Positions 28,251 to 36,479 of a DNA stretch of 50,674 bases are shown here, one piece after another (the first letter of the stretch is position 1; each line of letters opens with the position of its first letter). Origin of the DNA: Candidatus Zambryskiibacteriota bacterium (lineage in GTDB: Bacteria; Patescibacteriota; Minisyncoccia; Phycocordibacterales; DATDWN01); assembly GCA_023267045.1 (NCBI GenBank), contig JAHFOB010000005.1, positions 1 to 50,674 of the forward strand, given 5' to 3'. A program made the position numbers and the translations under genes. A model generated the notes under the pieces. The model saw only the letters and a list, made by a program, of their open reading frames with translations. It did not search any database and was not told the DNA's origin.

Positions 28251-28511
28251 ATGCCGATTACAGCATCAGCCAAAAAGGCTCTCCGATCGTCTGCCAAAAA
28301 GCAGGACTTTAATTCTGTAAAAAAAGATCTCATAAACAAAGTCGTCAAAAAAGTTAAAAAGCTAGTATCTGAAAAGAAAATAAAAGAGGCTATGGCAATG
28401 ATGTCAGAAGTTCAAAAAACTTTTGATAAAGCTGTTAAGACTGGATTATTGAAACTGAACACCGCTTCTCGAAAGAAATCTCGAATTTTCGCCATGATAA
28501 AGAGGGGGTAG
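28251..28511 (+). CDS. rpsT: 30S ribosomal protein S20
   Basis: MPITASAKKALRSS, DKAVKTGLLKLNTASRKKSR. Confidence 0.95.
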   Translation: MPITASAKKALRSSAKKQDFNSVKKDLINKVVKKVKKLVSEKKIKEAMAMMSEVQKTFDKAVKTGLLKLNTASRKKSRIFAMIKRG

Positions 28512-28522
28512 GAAGAGCAAAC

Positions 28523-28559
28523 AAAAACCACCCAGTTACTGACAACTGGGTGGTTTTTT
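28523..28559 (+). terminator. Intrinsic terminator after rpsT
   Basis: aaaaaccacccagtt-actgac-aactgggtggtttttt. Confidence 0.85.
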
Positions 28560-28575
28560 GGTATAATAAAGTGTT

Positions 28576-28983
28576 ATGGCAAAGCTAAAAGATGACAAAT
28601 TAATAAGCGTTGACATCTGGAGACACCTCGTTAACTTTTGGGCTATTGTTCTTTATGTTTTAATACTGGCTGATTTTTTTACACGAAATGGCTTGGTTGA
28701 TTTTCTCGGGCCGATCTCTTCCATATACATCGCAGTTCTAGCCGTGTACTCCACACAAAAAGAATTTGAACGATGGCATGATTATAATATCGGCAGACAC
28801 CCAGGAGAGGTTTACGTTTTTGTCTGGACAGTTTTGATCATCATACTCCTTGCTCTAGAAGTTATATATCGTCATGTCTACAAACTTCCAGGTGAAGTTT
28901 TCATGACATATATTGTTGTTATTGGTATTTTAGCGATTACAAAAAGATCAAAATCCTCCTATCTTTCAAAAAAGAGAAAATAA
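28576..28983 (+). CDS. Hypothetical 4-TM membrane protein
   Basis: Four hydrophobic segments; TATAAT just upstream of ATG. Confidence 0.7.
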   Translation: MAKLKDDKLISVDIWRHLVNFWAIVLYVLILADFFTRNGLVDFLGPISSIYIAVLAVYSTQKEFERWHDYNIGRHPGEVYVFVWTVLIIILLALEVIYRHVYKLPGEVFMTYIVVIGILAITKRSKSSYLSKKRK

Positions 28984-29042
28984 TATATTTTTTATCTAAC
29001 AATATAGATTTAGCAATGATTTTGTGTTAGTTTTGTTATATT

Positions 29043-29114
29043 GCTCTCGTAGTTTAATGGATAAAATGTTGGCCTGCGAAGCTGGCGATTCCAGTTCGAT
29101 TCTGGACGAGAGCA
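29043..29114 (+). tRNA. tRNA-Arg(GCG)
   Basis: gctctcg/cgagagc acceptor stem, anticodon loop CTGCGAA, T-arm ccaGTTCGATTctgg. Confidence 0.88.
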
Positions 29115-29118
29115 CAAG

Positions 29119-29574
29119 TTAGAAACCAAAGTAGAAAAGAATTTTTTCAAATAAAGGTTCAGTGTGTTCTTCTTCTGGTAAATGTCCAGATAGTTTTGCG
29201 TGGACTTGCTCTACTGTGACATCTTCAATAAAAATAACAATGAAAGGTGAAAAAACTTTTTTTGATTTAAGCAATATTTTCGGATGAATCTCGCGAGTTT
29301 CAATCCAAAACGATTCTATATTTCCATAGACATAGCGTGTTCTACCGACAGTTATCCCAAGATCATCTATAACTATTTCTATAATTATTGGTTTTTTTGA
29401 TGCAAAAAGAGAAAGGGTAAACGAAGAAACCATAATTAAAATAGCAAATATTACATTATTTAGAATTATTGAAATGAGCGCAATAGAAATAGTGACAATA
29501 GCAACTATCCAATACCAATCAGCGGTTTTTTCTCTATGCAAATATTCGACGGTATGCCAGGAAAGTTTTTCCAT
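29119..29574 (-). CDS. Hypothetical 2-TM membrane protein
   Basis: W...EY.H.EK..DWYW followed by two TM helices. Confidence 0.7.
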   Translation of the reverse strand: MEKLSWHTVEYLHREKTADWYWIVAIVTISIALISIILNNVIFAILIMVSSFTLSLFASKKPIIIEIVIDDLGITVGRTRYVYGNIESFWIETREIHPKILLKSKKVFSPFIVIFIEDVTVEQVHAKLSGHLPEEEHTEPLFEKILFYFGF

Positions 29575-30017
29575 TATTGTGTTAATAGGGGATCAGGGAC
29601 TTTTGATTTGAGTGGAGTTATAGTTGACCAAATAGATAGAGCGCAGGCGATAAGAGCAATATTTTTTATTATGTATTGCCCTTCTAGAGTTGGAACCATA
29701 AAATGTGTCCAAACTTCTGACATCACAAAAATAGGAAGTATTGTTGTGACCATATGAAAAGCAAAAAGACTTAAAGCCCACCTCTCCCATCCTGGGAGTA
29801 TAAATAATAGTCCGATGAGCATCTCAAAAAGTCCGAAGAGAACTATAAAAATTCCGAAAGATATAAAAGGCATCATGTGCGCCATGGTTTTATCAAAAAG
29901 AGTGTGGACCATCGTGCTCGCTGGACTTTGTCCTATAACTTTTAGAAATCCAAACCAAAAGTAAATAATAAACAAAGCGATTCTTGATATAAGAATAGAA
30001 AGGTGTTTTATTTTCAT
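29574..30017 (-). CDS. DoxX-like membrane protein
   Basis: RIALFIIYFWFGFLK, PTLEGQYIIKN. Confidence 0.75.
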   Translation of the reverse strand: MKIKHLSILISRIALFIIYFWFGFLKVIGQSPASTMVHTLFDKTMAHMMPFISFGIFIVLFGLFEMLIGLLFILPGWERWALSLFAFHMVTTILPIFVMSEVWTHFMVPTLEGQYIIKNIALIACALSIWSTITPLKSKVPDPLLTQ

Positions 30018-30123
30018 GGGTTAATTATACCATTTTTACAACAAGCAAAAAACCCTTTTTGAAAAATTGCGGGAGTGGTTAGATGCGTTTAGAACTGTGG
30101 AGTGGAAGAGTATACAGCAAGAA

Positions 30124-30672
30124 TTACGCCTTATGCCATTCTTTAGCTAACAAGCTATAAACCTCTAAATCTACAAAATGGTCATAAAGCCATTCACCTT
30201 CACGAGCAATACCTTCAAAGATAAAACCAAGTTTTTTGGGAATAGCGGAACTTTTTGTGTTTCCAGTCGCACAAGTGATTTCAATGCGATTTAGTCCCAT
30301 TTCTGTAAATGCATAATCTATCACCGCTTTCAAAGTGTCAGTTACAATACCTTTACCTTGTAACTCTTCTCCAACCCAGTAAGCAATAGAGGTTTTCTTA
30401 TTTGCTGTATCCCAAGGATATAATCCAATTCCTCCAATGTGTTGATTGTTATAGAAAATGCCAAAATCAAGACCTTCTTTGTTGGCAAATCTTTTATTAC
30501 TGTCTATTATGTATTTCTCTGTATCCGCTACACTTTTATCATCATCAAGCCACCCAAGCCATTGTCGTAGATAGGTATCGTTCTTTCTAGTTAACTCAAA
30601 GAAAATTCCCGCATCAGATGGTTCTAGTGTTCGTAGTTCAAGATTTTCTCTAACTGGCAGAGTAAGTTTCAT
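30124..30672 (-). CDS. GNAT acetyltransferase, RimJ/RimL family
   Basis: YLRQWLGW, IAYW..E..QGKGI, LNRIEI.CATGN.KS..IP.KLGF..EG..R. Confidence 0.9.
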   Translation of the reverse strand: MKLTLPVRENLELRTLEPSDAGIFFELTRKNDTYLRQWLGWLDDDKSVADTEKYIIDSNKRFANKEGLDFGIFYNNQHIGGIGLYPWDTANKKTSIAYWVGEELQGKGIVTDTLKAVIDYAFTEMGLNRIEITCATGNTKSSAIPKKLGFIFEGIAREGEWLYDHFVDLEVYSLLAKEWHKA

Positions 30673-30704
30673 AAAATTAGTATATCAAATAAGTTCGTAT
30701 CTTT

Positions 30705-31145
30705 TTATTCCTCAACCTCAATATATTCCAATTTAGCTTGGATAATATCTTTGAAATGAGCTTGTTTCAAAGGATATTCCTTACCATTTGGACAGTAGTA
30801 CTTTTGTTGTTCTTCTTTAGCAGTAAAAACAATGAAGGGCACATACTTTAATGGCTTTTTATCTTTTATATACATTCCAAAAATAATTCTTAATCCTTCG
30901 CTAGGAGACATTCTTGGATTTGTAACAGCACATCTGTCTTTATAAAAAAACACTTTTACATTGTCAGGTAACTCTACTTTATAAAGAAACGCTTGTGCCA
31001 AAGGAACTTGATATTCACTATTTATTCTCTCGTTTATTTTTCCTCTGAAAATCTTATAGTGATTTTCAAGGTCTTTCTCTAAGCTGTGTAATTTCTTCAG
31101 TCTTTTTATGTCTCTTTTGACATAAGGGCCCAGAGAGTATTCCAT
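30705..31145 (-). CDS. Putative toxin (RelE/ParE-like fold suspected)
   Basis: Directly downstream of the Panacea gene; basic, with KRDIKRLKK and S.SEGLRIIF patterns. Confidence 0.5.
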   Translation of the reverse strand: MEYSLGPYVKRDIKRLKKLHSLEKDLENHYKIFRGKINERINSEYQVPLAQAFLYKVELPDNVKVFFYKDRCAVTNPRMSPSEGLRIIFGMYIKDKKPLKYVPFIVFTAKEEQQKYYCPNGKEYPLKQAHFKDIIQAKLEYIEVEE

Positions 31146-31157
31146 ATCAGTAAAAAG

Positions 31158-31730
31158 CTAGTAGGCCAGTTTTAGTAAATTTTCTTCAGCTTTTTTACTG
31201 AATGAAATAAGTTTTGGGACGGCCTCGTCTTCCTCCTCTTCATCTGAACCATCATCTCTATAAGACACAAAACTAAAGTCTAAAATTTCATTTTGTTTTT
31301 CAGCAGATAGGTATACAGGGTCTCTATGTGCCAAAGTGCAGATTTCTTTTACCGTTAGTTTGTAGTATTTATCACAGGTTGTGTTCACTGCATCAATCTG
31401 TTGGTTGTCTAGATGTTTGAGGTCGTAGTTTTTCAATGCAACATAAGTTCCATTCTCTCCTTTTGTTATGTATCCATCGTCAACAAGCTCTTCTAGAGCT
31501 TGTTTTGCAAGGTTGTATGTAGGAGTTGGGCCTCTTTGGTTTTTTATATAAGGAACTGATGTAAGAGGGATTTGATATTTCTGGAAGTAGTCAGTATCAC
31601 AGAAAAATGTCAGCTTCCATAGTTTTGTCTCAAAAAGCTGGTTATTATAGTTTTCACAGATATACCAGATGAGTTCCTTAAATTTCTCCTTTTTTTGTTG
31701 GGTTTTAGAGCTCATTTTACTATCATACAT
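31158..31730 (-). CDS. Panacea (DUF4065/SocA-like) antitoxin
   Basis: KFKELIWYI, TKLWKLTFFCD, Y.K...GP, LAH.DP; acidic tail. Confidence 0.8.
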   Translation of the reverse strand: MYDSKMSSKTQQKKEKFKELIWYICENYNNQLFETKLWKLTFFCDTDYFQKYQIPLTSVPYIKNQRGPTPTYNLAKQALEELVDDGYITKGENGTYVALKNYDLKHLDNQQIDAVNTTCDKYYKLTVKEICTLAHRDPVYLSAEKQNEILDFSFVSYRDDGSDEEEEDEAVPKLISFSKKAEENLLKLAY

Positions 31731-31845
31731 ATTATACTTTGTGGTTCCGATGAAGTAAACGAATAGCCCTTGATAATACGGATTTTAGACCTTTCTGCAA
31801 CCTAGTAGCTTGATATTCTTAGCTTTGTAAACTAATGTAAAGAAT

Positions 31846-33225
31846 ATGGAAAGAGCTTTGAAAGGCAACTATTTTGCCGAAGACTTAACACAGAAGAAGC
31901 TGATAGATGACGGCTCCCTGTATGTTTACCAGAGCATACTAGCTGGTCGTTATTCGTTCACAGACCCTATGGGCACTTTTACTGCCTATATTTTGTCCGT
32001 TCCTCTTGAATGGAACAATCTTGATATTGTGAAGTTTATTATCGCAGTAATAAACAAGTATGACTTAAAAATAAGTTATATAAATGTCATATCTAATGCA
32101 ATATCAGATGATTATGTTATAGATATGCCCAAAGAGCTGAAGAAAGCAAAAGAAAGTGGTTCAGAACTGCATACAAATAAGTTTGAGTTCAAGGGAAATA
32201 AAATTGTTACAACCTATCAAGGTGCTTATGCTTGGGCACAAAACTATATTGAAGATAAAAATCCTTTTGACCCTCAACTTCAACGAGTTATAAAAGGTCT
32301 TTTTACAAATACAGCTACAATTGATGACATTTTATTTACCATTGAACATTCAAAGTATTGGGAAGGAAATATCTTAACTCCAAAAAATAAAAATGTAGAT
32401 AAGTATCTATACGCACAGGAGCTATTTAAGAAGTTGCTTGAATTTATATCTATACATATTGACCTTAAGTCAGAAGGTTTAGATAAGATGAAAAAAGATG
32501 TAGAACAGTATATGGAATGGTTTATTCAAGACACCCTTAAAAAAGAGAGTTACAGAAAATCTCTTGGAAATACAAATGTAAAAACCAATCCAAATGTTTT
32601 TACATTTGAAAAGCACAAAGAGATTTTTTTGGAAAAGATGAAGCAAGAGTTTTCAAAGTTTGGAAATGAGTTTGTTATTGAGGATACATTTGACGAACCT
32701 TTTGAGTCAGAACGAATTAGTGAAGAAGAGTTGAGAGCTAGATACAAAAAGAAAGAATTTTTATTCTTTCATACCATATTTGCATTAAACAGACTGAATT
32801 TAATCAAGATATTATCTCTTGGTTCAAATTGGGATTATCACGAAGATTACCCTGTATCTTATGAAGCAAGGATTAGACTCCTTCCGTCTTTACTGACTCA
32901 ATTTGGTTCAAAAAGTGAACAATATGCTATAAGATTTGATACAAACAAATCTCGTTTGTATTTTAAGGATAAAGAAATAAAAATAAAAAAATTTAGCGAC
33001 CAATATCACATATTGAGAATAATGTTTGAAAACCCAAAAGACCTAGCTGATGAATGGTTTTTCTCGCTTGTTGCAGAGAAATACGACTCGTCTGGGCATT
33101 TTTCAGATAAGAAGTTCTACAATGCAATCTACCAGATAAATCTAAAGCTTGGTCGTCTTGGAATAGATGATTTGTTCATTACTACTCGTCAGTCAGTAAA
33201 GATAAACGAGAAGTATATGTCTTAA
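31846..33225 (+). CDS. Hypothetical protein with a probable C-terminal winged-helix DNA-binding domain
   Basis: C-terminal FD..KSRLYF..KEI.I...QYHILRIMF...KKFYNAIYQINLK...VKIN resembles an OmpR-type wHTH. Confidence 0.55.
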   Translation: MERALKGNYFAEDLTQKKLIDDGSLYVYQSILAGRYSFTDPMGTFTAYILSVPLEWNNLDIVKFIIAVINKYDLKISYINVISNAISDDYVIDMPKELKKAKESGSELHTNKFEFKGNKIVTTYQGAYAWAQNYIEDKNPFDPQLQRVIKGLFTNTATIDDILFTIEHSKYWEGNILTPKNKNVDKYLYAQELFKKLLEFISIHIDLKSEGLDKMKKDVEQYMEWFIQDTLKKESYRKSLGNTNVKTNPNVFTFEKHKEIFLEKMKQEFSKFGNEFVIEDTFDEPFESERISEEELRARYKKKEFLFFHTIFALNRLNLIKILSLGSNWDYHEDYPVSYEARIRLLPSLLTQFGSKSEQYAIRFDTNKSRLYFKDKEIKIKKFSDQYHILRIMFENPKDLADEWFFSLVAEKYDSSGHFSDKKFYNAIYQINLKLGRLGIDDLFITTRQSVKINEKYMS

Positions 33226-33247
33226 GATTGTCTTAAGTCGTCTTAAG
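33219..33247. promoter_or_regulatory. Three helically phased GTCTTAAG direct repeats (operator/iteron-like)
   Basis: Copies at 33219, 33230 and 33240, just upstream of the small ORF-rep unit. Confidence 0.6.
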
Positions 33248-33288
33248 TAGACATTGCTATACCCTGAAGTGAACCTTCGGGTTATTTT

Positions 33289-33477
33289 ATGTCTGAAGAA
33301 GATAAGAAAAAAGAAATATCCAAAACAGACTGGTCGTTAAAAGACTTACCAGAAGTGGAGCGTAAAAATGTGTTGAATTTTTTCGCTTTGCTTTTGAGGG
33401 TTGATAAAAGAGTAAATCATAAATTGTATGTTGGACACAGTAATCCTAAAGATACCCAGAGGAGCATATCAACTTAA
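33289..33477 (+). CDS. Small hypothetical protein overlapping the rep start
   Basis: ATG after the repeat/hairpin region; amphipathic helix NVLNFFALLLRVDKR. Confidence 0.5.
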   Translation: MSEEDKKKEISKTDWSLKDLPEVERKNVLNFFALLLRVDKRVNHKLYVGHSNPKDTQRSIST

Positions 33478-34555
33478 ATCGCATATGTTTACACCCAATG
33501 CGGATATTCTTAAAGGTGCTGGAAACTATCTTGTTAAATGTGTGAGTAACCCAACAGCAAAAGATAAGAGAGAAGGTATTTATAGACCAAGACTTACCCT
33601 CATAAAAAGAATGACAAAAAAGAGAGACGAAATACCGCTCAAAGTTGAGTTTTCAGTTCCAAAGATGCTCTATGGAAATAATGTTGAAGAAGTGGAAGAA
33701 AAAGACTTTGATGCTGTTGTAGAGGCACTACATAGGTCTATGAAAGAAATGGGAGCTCTAGTTTCTGTTGAAGAAATAAAGAAAGCTACAGTATCAGCTT
33801 TTCATCCTTCAAAAAACATTGAGCTTAAGGACGGTTATACTTCGGGTTTTGTTATAACTGAACTAAATAAGGTAAATGCGAGTAAGAAGATGGACTTAAA
33901 CAAAGACAGTTTCAGGAACAACGGGCATTCGCTTCAGTTTTACACAAACTCACATTCACTAGTTGTGTATGATAAAGTTCAAGACTTACGGAAACCAGAC
34001 AAGAGAGCGATAGATAAAGACCAGAACAGCATTCAAGGTTCGTTGTTTGATGTTCTGATTGATAAGAAAAACAAAAGAGAAATCCTGCGAGTTGAAGTTC
34101 GTTTGGCTAAAAAGGTCAAAATGAACTCGGTTATTAAAAGTCTCGGCTTCAAAGAAAGTCCAACTTTTCAAGAAGTATTCAAGAAGGACTTATGTAAAAA
34201 GATAGTTTTGAATTACTGGCAAGAACTCGTTAATTCCAAAGACCTTTTCTTGTTTGATATGGAAAGCAATCCGAAAAAAACATTAGAAAAGGTCTTCAAA
34301 GATAATCCAAAGATAAAACCAAAACAGGCACTATATCTTGTCGGGTTGTGGGCTTTAAGTAAGGAAGGAATAAGGGCTACAAGAGCCATTATAGAGAGAA
34401 GAGCAGACAAAAGAACTTGGTATCGTATAGCAGAAGATTTGCCACTACTCAATGATATTTCGGGAAAGGTATATCACGGCTGGGTTAAGCGAATAAATGA
34501 TGTATTGGCAGATTTTGCTCCATTCAAGTTGTCTACATCTGTAGTTGCAGTGTAA
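33428..34555 (+). CDS. Phage/plasmid replication initiator (gpII/X, Phage_CRI-like)
   Basis: MLDTVIL start, LKVEFSVPKMLYGNN, LVVYDK, ILRVEVRL. Confidence 0.7.
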   Translation: MLDTVILKIPRGAYQLKSHMFTPNADILKGAGNYLVKCVSNPTAKDKREGIYRPRLTLIKRMTKKRDEIPLKVEFSVPKMLYGNNVEEVEEKDFDAVVEALHRSMKEMGALVSVEEIKKATVSAFHPSKNIELKDGYTSGFVITELNKVNASKKMDLNKDSFRNNGHSLQFYTNSHSLVVYDKVQDLRKPDKRAIDKDQNSIQGSLFDVLIDKKNKREILRVEVRLAKKVKMNSVIKSLGFKESPTFQEVFKKDLCKKIVLNYWQELVNSKDLFLFDMESNPKKTLEKVFKDNPKIKPKQALYLVGLWALSKEGIRATRAIIERRADKRTWYRIAEDLPLLNDISGKVYHGWVKRINDVLADFAPFKLSTSVVAV

Positions 34556-34580
34556 AGCATTGTCAAGTATGATTATAAGT

Positions 34581-35285
34581 ATGAAAAACGAAAGACCATA
34601 CACAACTTTGTTCCTTCTTGTTTCTGTAGATGGAAAAATCTCTACAGGAGATACAGATATAATGGATACTGATACAGATTACAAACTTATTAATGGTATT
34701 AAAGAAGGTAACAAACAATACTACGACCTTGAACAACAGACTGACCTACACTCTCTTAACTCTGGAAGAGTGTTTGAGAAAATTGGAATGAATGAAAAGA
34801 CAGATGAGCCAGAAAAGACGCCTGTAAGTTTTATTGTAGTAGACAATAAACCTCATCTAAATAAAAATGGAACTACTTATTTAGCCAAAAAGAGTAAAAC
34901 TCTATACATCATTACAACCAATTCAAATCATCCCGCTTTTGAACTTAAAAAAGATTTTCCAAACATTGAGATACTAAAATACGACAACGAAATTGATTTA
35001 GCTGATGCTCTCAAAAAACTAAAGAAGGATTATGGGGTTGACCGCATTACAATTCAGACAGGAGGCACAATAAATACTTCTTGGGTTCGTGAGGGTTTGA
35101 TTGATAGAGTGTTGCTTGTAGTTGCACCTGCTTTAATTGGAGGTAAGGATACTTCTACACTGATGGACGGTGAGTCGCTACATACACACGAGGAATTATT
35201 CAATATAAAGTCTCTAGAATTAGTCCAAGCAAAACCGCTTGAAAACTCCTATCTACTTCTAGAATATAAAGTAAATAATAACTAA
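34581..35285 (+). CDS. RibD C-terminal / dihydrofolate-reductase-like protein
   Basis: RPYTTLFLLVSVDGKI, QTGGTIN, GLIDRV..VVAP.LIGG. Confidence 0.85.
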   Translation: MKNERPYTTLFLLVSVDGKISTGDTDIMDTDTDYKLINGIKEGNKQYYDLEQQTDLHSLNSGRVFEKIGMNEKTDEPEKTPVSFIVVDNKPHLNKNGTTYLAKKSKTLYIITTNSNHPAFELKKDFPNIEILKYDNEIDLADALKKLKKDYGVDRITIQTGGTINTSWVREGLIDRVLLVVAPALIGGKDTSTLMDGESLHTHEELFNIKSLELVQAKPLENSYLLLEYKVNNN

Positions 35286-35286
35286 T

Positions 35287-35463
35287 ATGACAAATAAAGA
35301 TTTTTACATAGCACAAGAGTTGGCAGATAAGTTAAGAGTCAATGTGATGACGATTTATCGTTATATAAAAGCGAAGAAGTTAAAGGCACATAAAATTGGA
35401 AAAGAGTTTCGCATAGATAAGTCAGAGTTTGAAAGGTTTCTTAATAGCGTAAAAACAAAATAA
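35287..35463 (+). CDS. Excisionase-like HTH protein (58 aa; below the ORF-track cutoff)
   Basis: Translated by hand: MTNKDFYIAQELADKLRVNVMTIYRYIKAKKLKAHKIGKEFRIDKSEFERFLNSVKTK. Confidence 0.85.
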   Translation: MTNKDFYIAQELADKLRVNVMTIYRYIKAKKLKAHKIGKEFRIDKSEFERFLNSVKTK

Positions 35464-35467
35464 ATGT

Positions 35468-35680
35468 ATGAGACCAATTAAATATAAATACGGGATAGTA
35501 ATAAATGAAGTAGACCAAAAATCTGAAGAGAAAAGTTTTTCTGCGGTTGCATTAATAGAAGAAATTGGTGGTGGAAAAGTTGAACACAACCTTCCAATGC
35601 TTTTCGGAAAAGATAGAGTAGAGGCACACGATAAGATGGAAACACTAATTAGGCAGTGGATTCAGGTAAACGAAAAATAA
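35468..35680 (+). CDS. Small hypothetical protein
   Basis: ATG-initiated ORF tightly packed in the operon. Confidence 0.55.
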   Translation: MRPIKYKYGIVINEVDQKSEEKSFSAVALIEEIGGGKVEHNLPMLFGKDRVEAHDKMETLIRQWIQVNEK

Positions 35681-35702
35681 AATTAATAATTAGAAAAATA
35701 AT

Positions 35703-36476
35703 ATGCTTAAAAATATAATTATCGCTTGTTTAGTTGCAGTAATAGGGGTTTTAGTCGTATTGCCTTATGTAAAGGGAAATTCAAGTATATCTTCTCTTCA
35801 AGTTGCAAACTCTGGCACGAATGAAGATGTTGAGTTTTTCAGATATATAAATGTATATAAAAGTCTTTTACCAGAAGATAAATTTAAAATTGTTAGCGAA
35901 AGAATAAACAAGGTTTCAGGAGAGGCAGACAAAGAAGACTCAAAGATACAAAATACTTTGATACTTGCTATATCTGATGAGATTAAGCAAGACCCAACAA
36001 CAAAAGATATTCTTTCTCAATTGAAAAAAGATGTAGCTACTCTAGTTAAAAACTCAAAGATTGATAAAGATACTCTGTTTAGTAAAAATACAGAATGTGC
36101 AAAATTGACCAGTAACATTAAAGATGAACTATCTAAAAAATATAAAAATACAACTTATGTAACAGAAAAAGAAGAGTTAAATTTTATTTTCTATAGTCCT
36201 TCATTAAATACTTGTCTCTACACAACTGATTACAGTTATGACTATAGTAATTATACTTTTGGGAAAAGTGAGTCTTATACAAAGAAATCAGATAAAATCT
36301 ATGATGTATCCTCAAACAAACAGTTAGGAGATTATCCTAGTTGGTATTGGGAGTATCCTTCTTTGAGTAAGGAAGAGTCTGATAAAGCAGTTACAGAAGG
36401 ACAAAAAAATTATGCCAAATTTATCTTTGAAAACTCTGGGTATAACGCAAAATTGTTGAAGGATATTTATTATTAA
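35703..36476 (+). CDS. Hypothetical membrane-anchored/exported protein
   Basis: N-terminal hydrophobic helix; 257-aa ORF. Confidence 0.7.
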   Translation: MLKNIIIACLVAVIGVLVVLPYVKGNSSISSLQVANSGTNEDVEFFRYINVYKSLLPEDKFKIVSERINKVSGEADKEDSKIQNTLILAISDEIKQDPTTKDILSQLKKDVATLVKNSKIDKDTLFSKNTECAKLTSNIKDELSKKYKNTTYVTEKEELNFIFYSPSLNTCLYTTDYSYDYSNYTFGKSESYTKKSDKIYDVSSNKQLGDYPSWYWEYPSLSKEESDKAVTEGQKNYAKFIFENSGYNAKLLKDIYY

Positions 36477-36479
36477 AAT

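Noticed and set aside
27887-28348. ORFs 27887..28348(-) and 27893..28123(+) as proteins
   Set aside because: They overlap rpsT and a strongly base-paired region and have no recognisable protein features.
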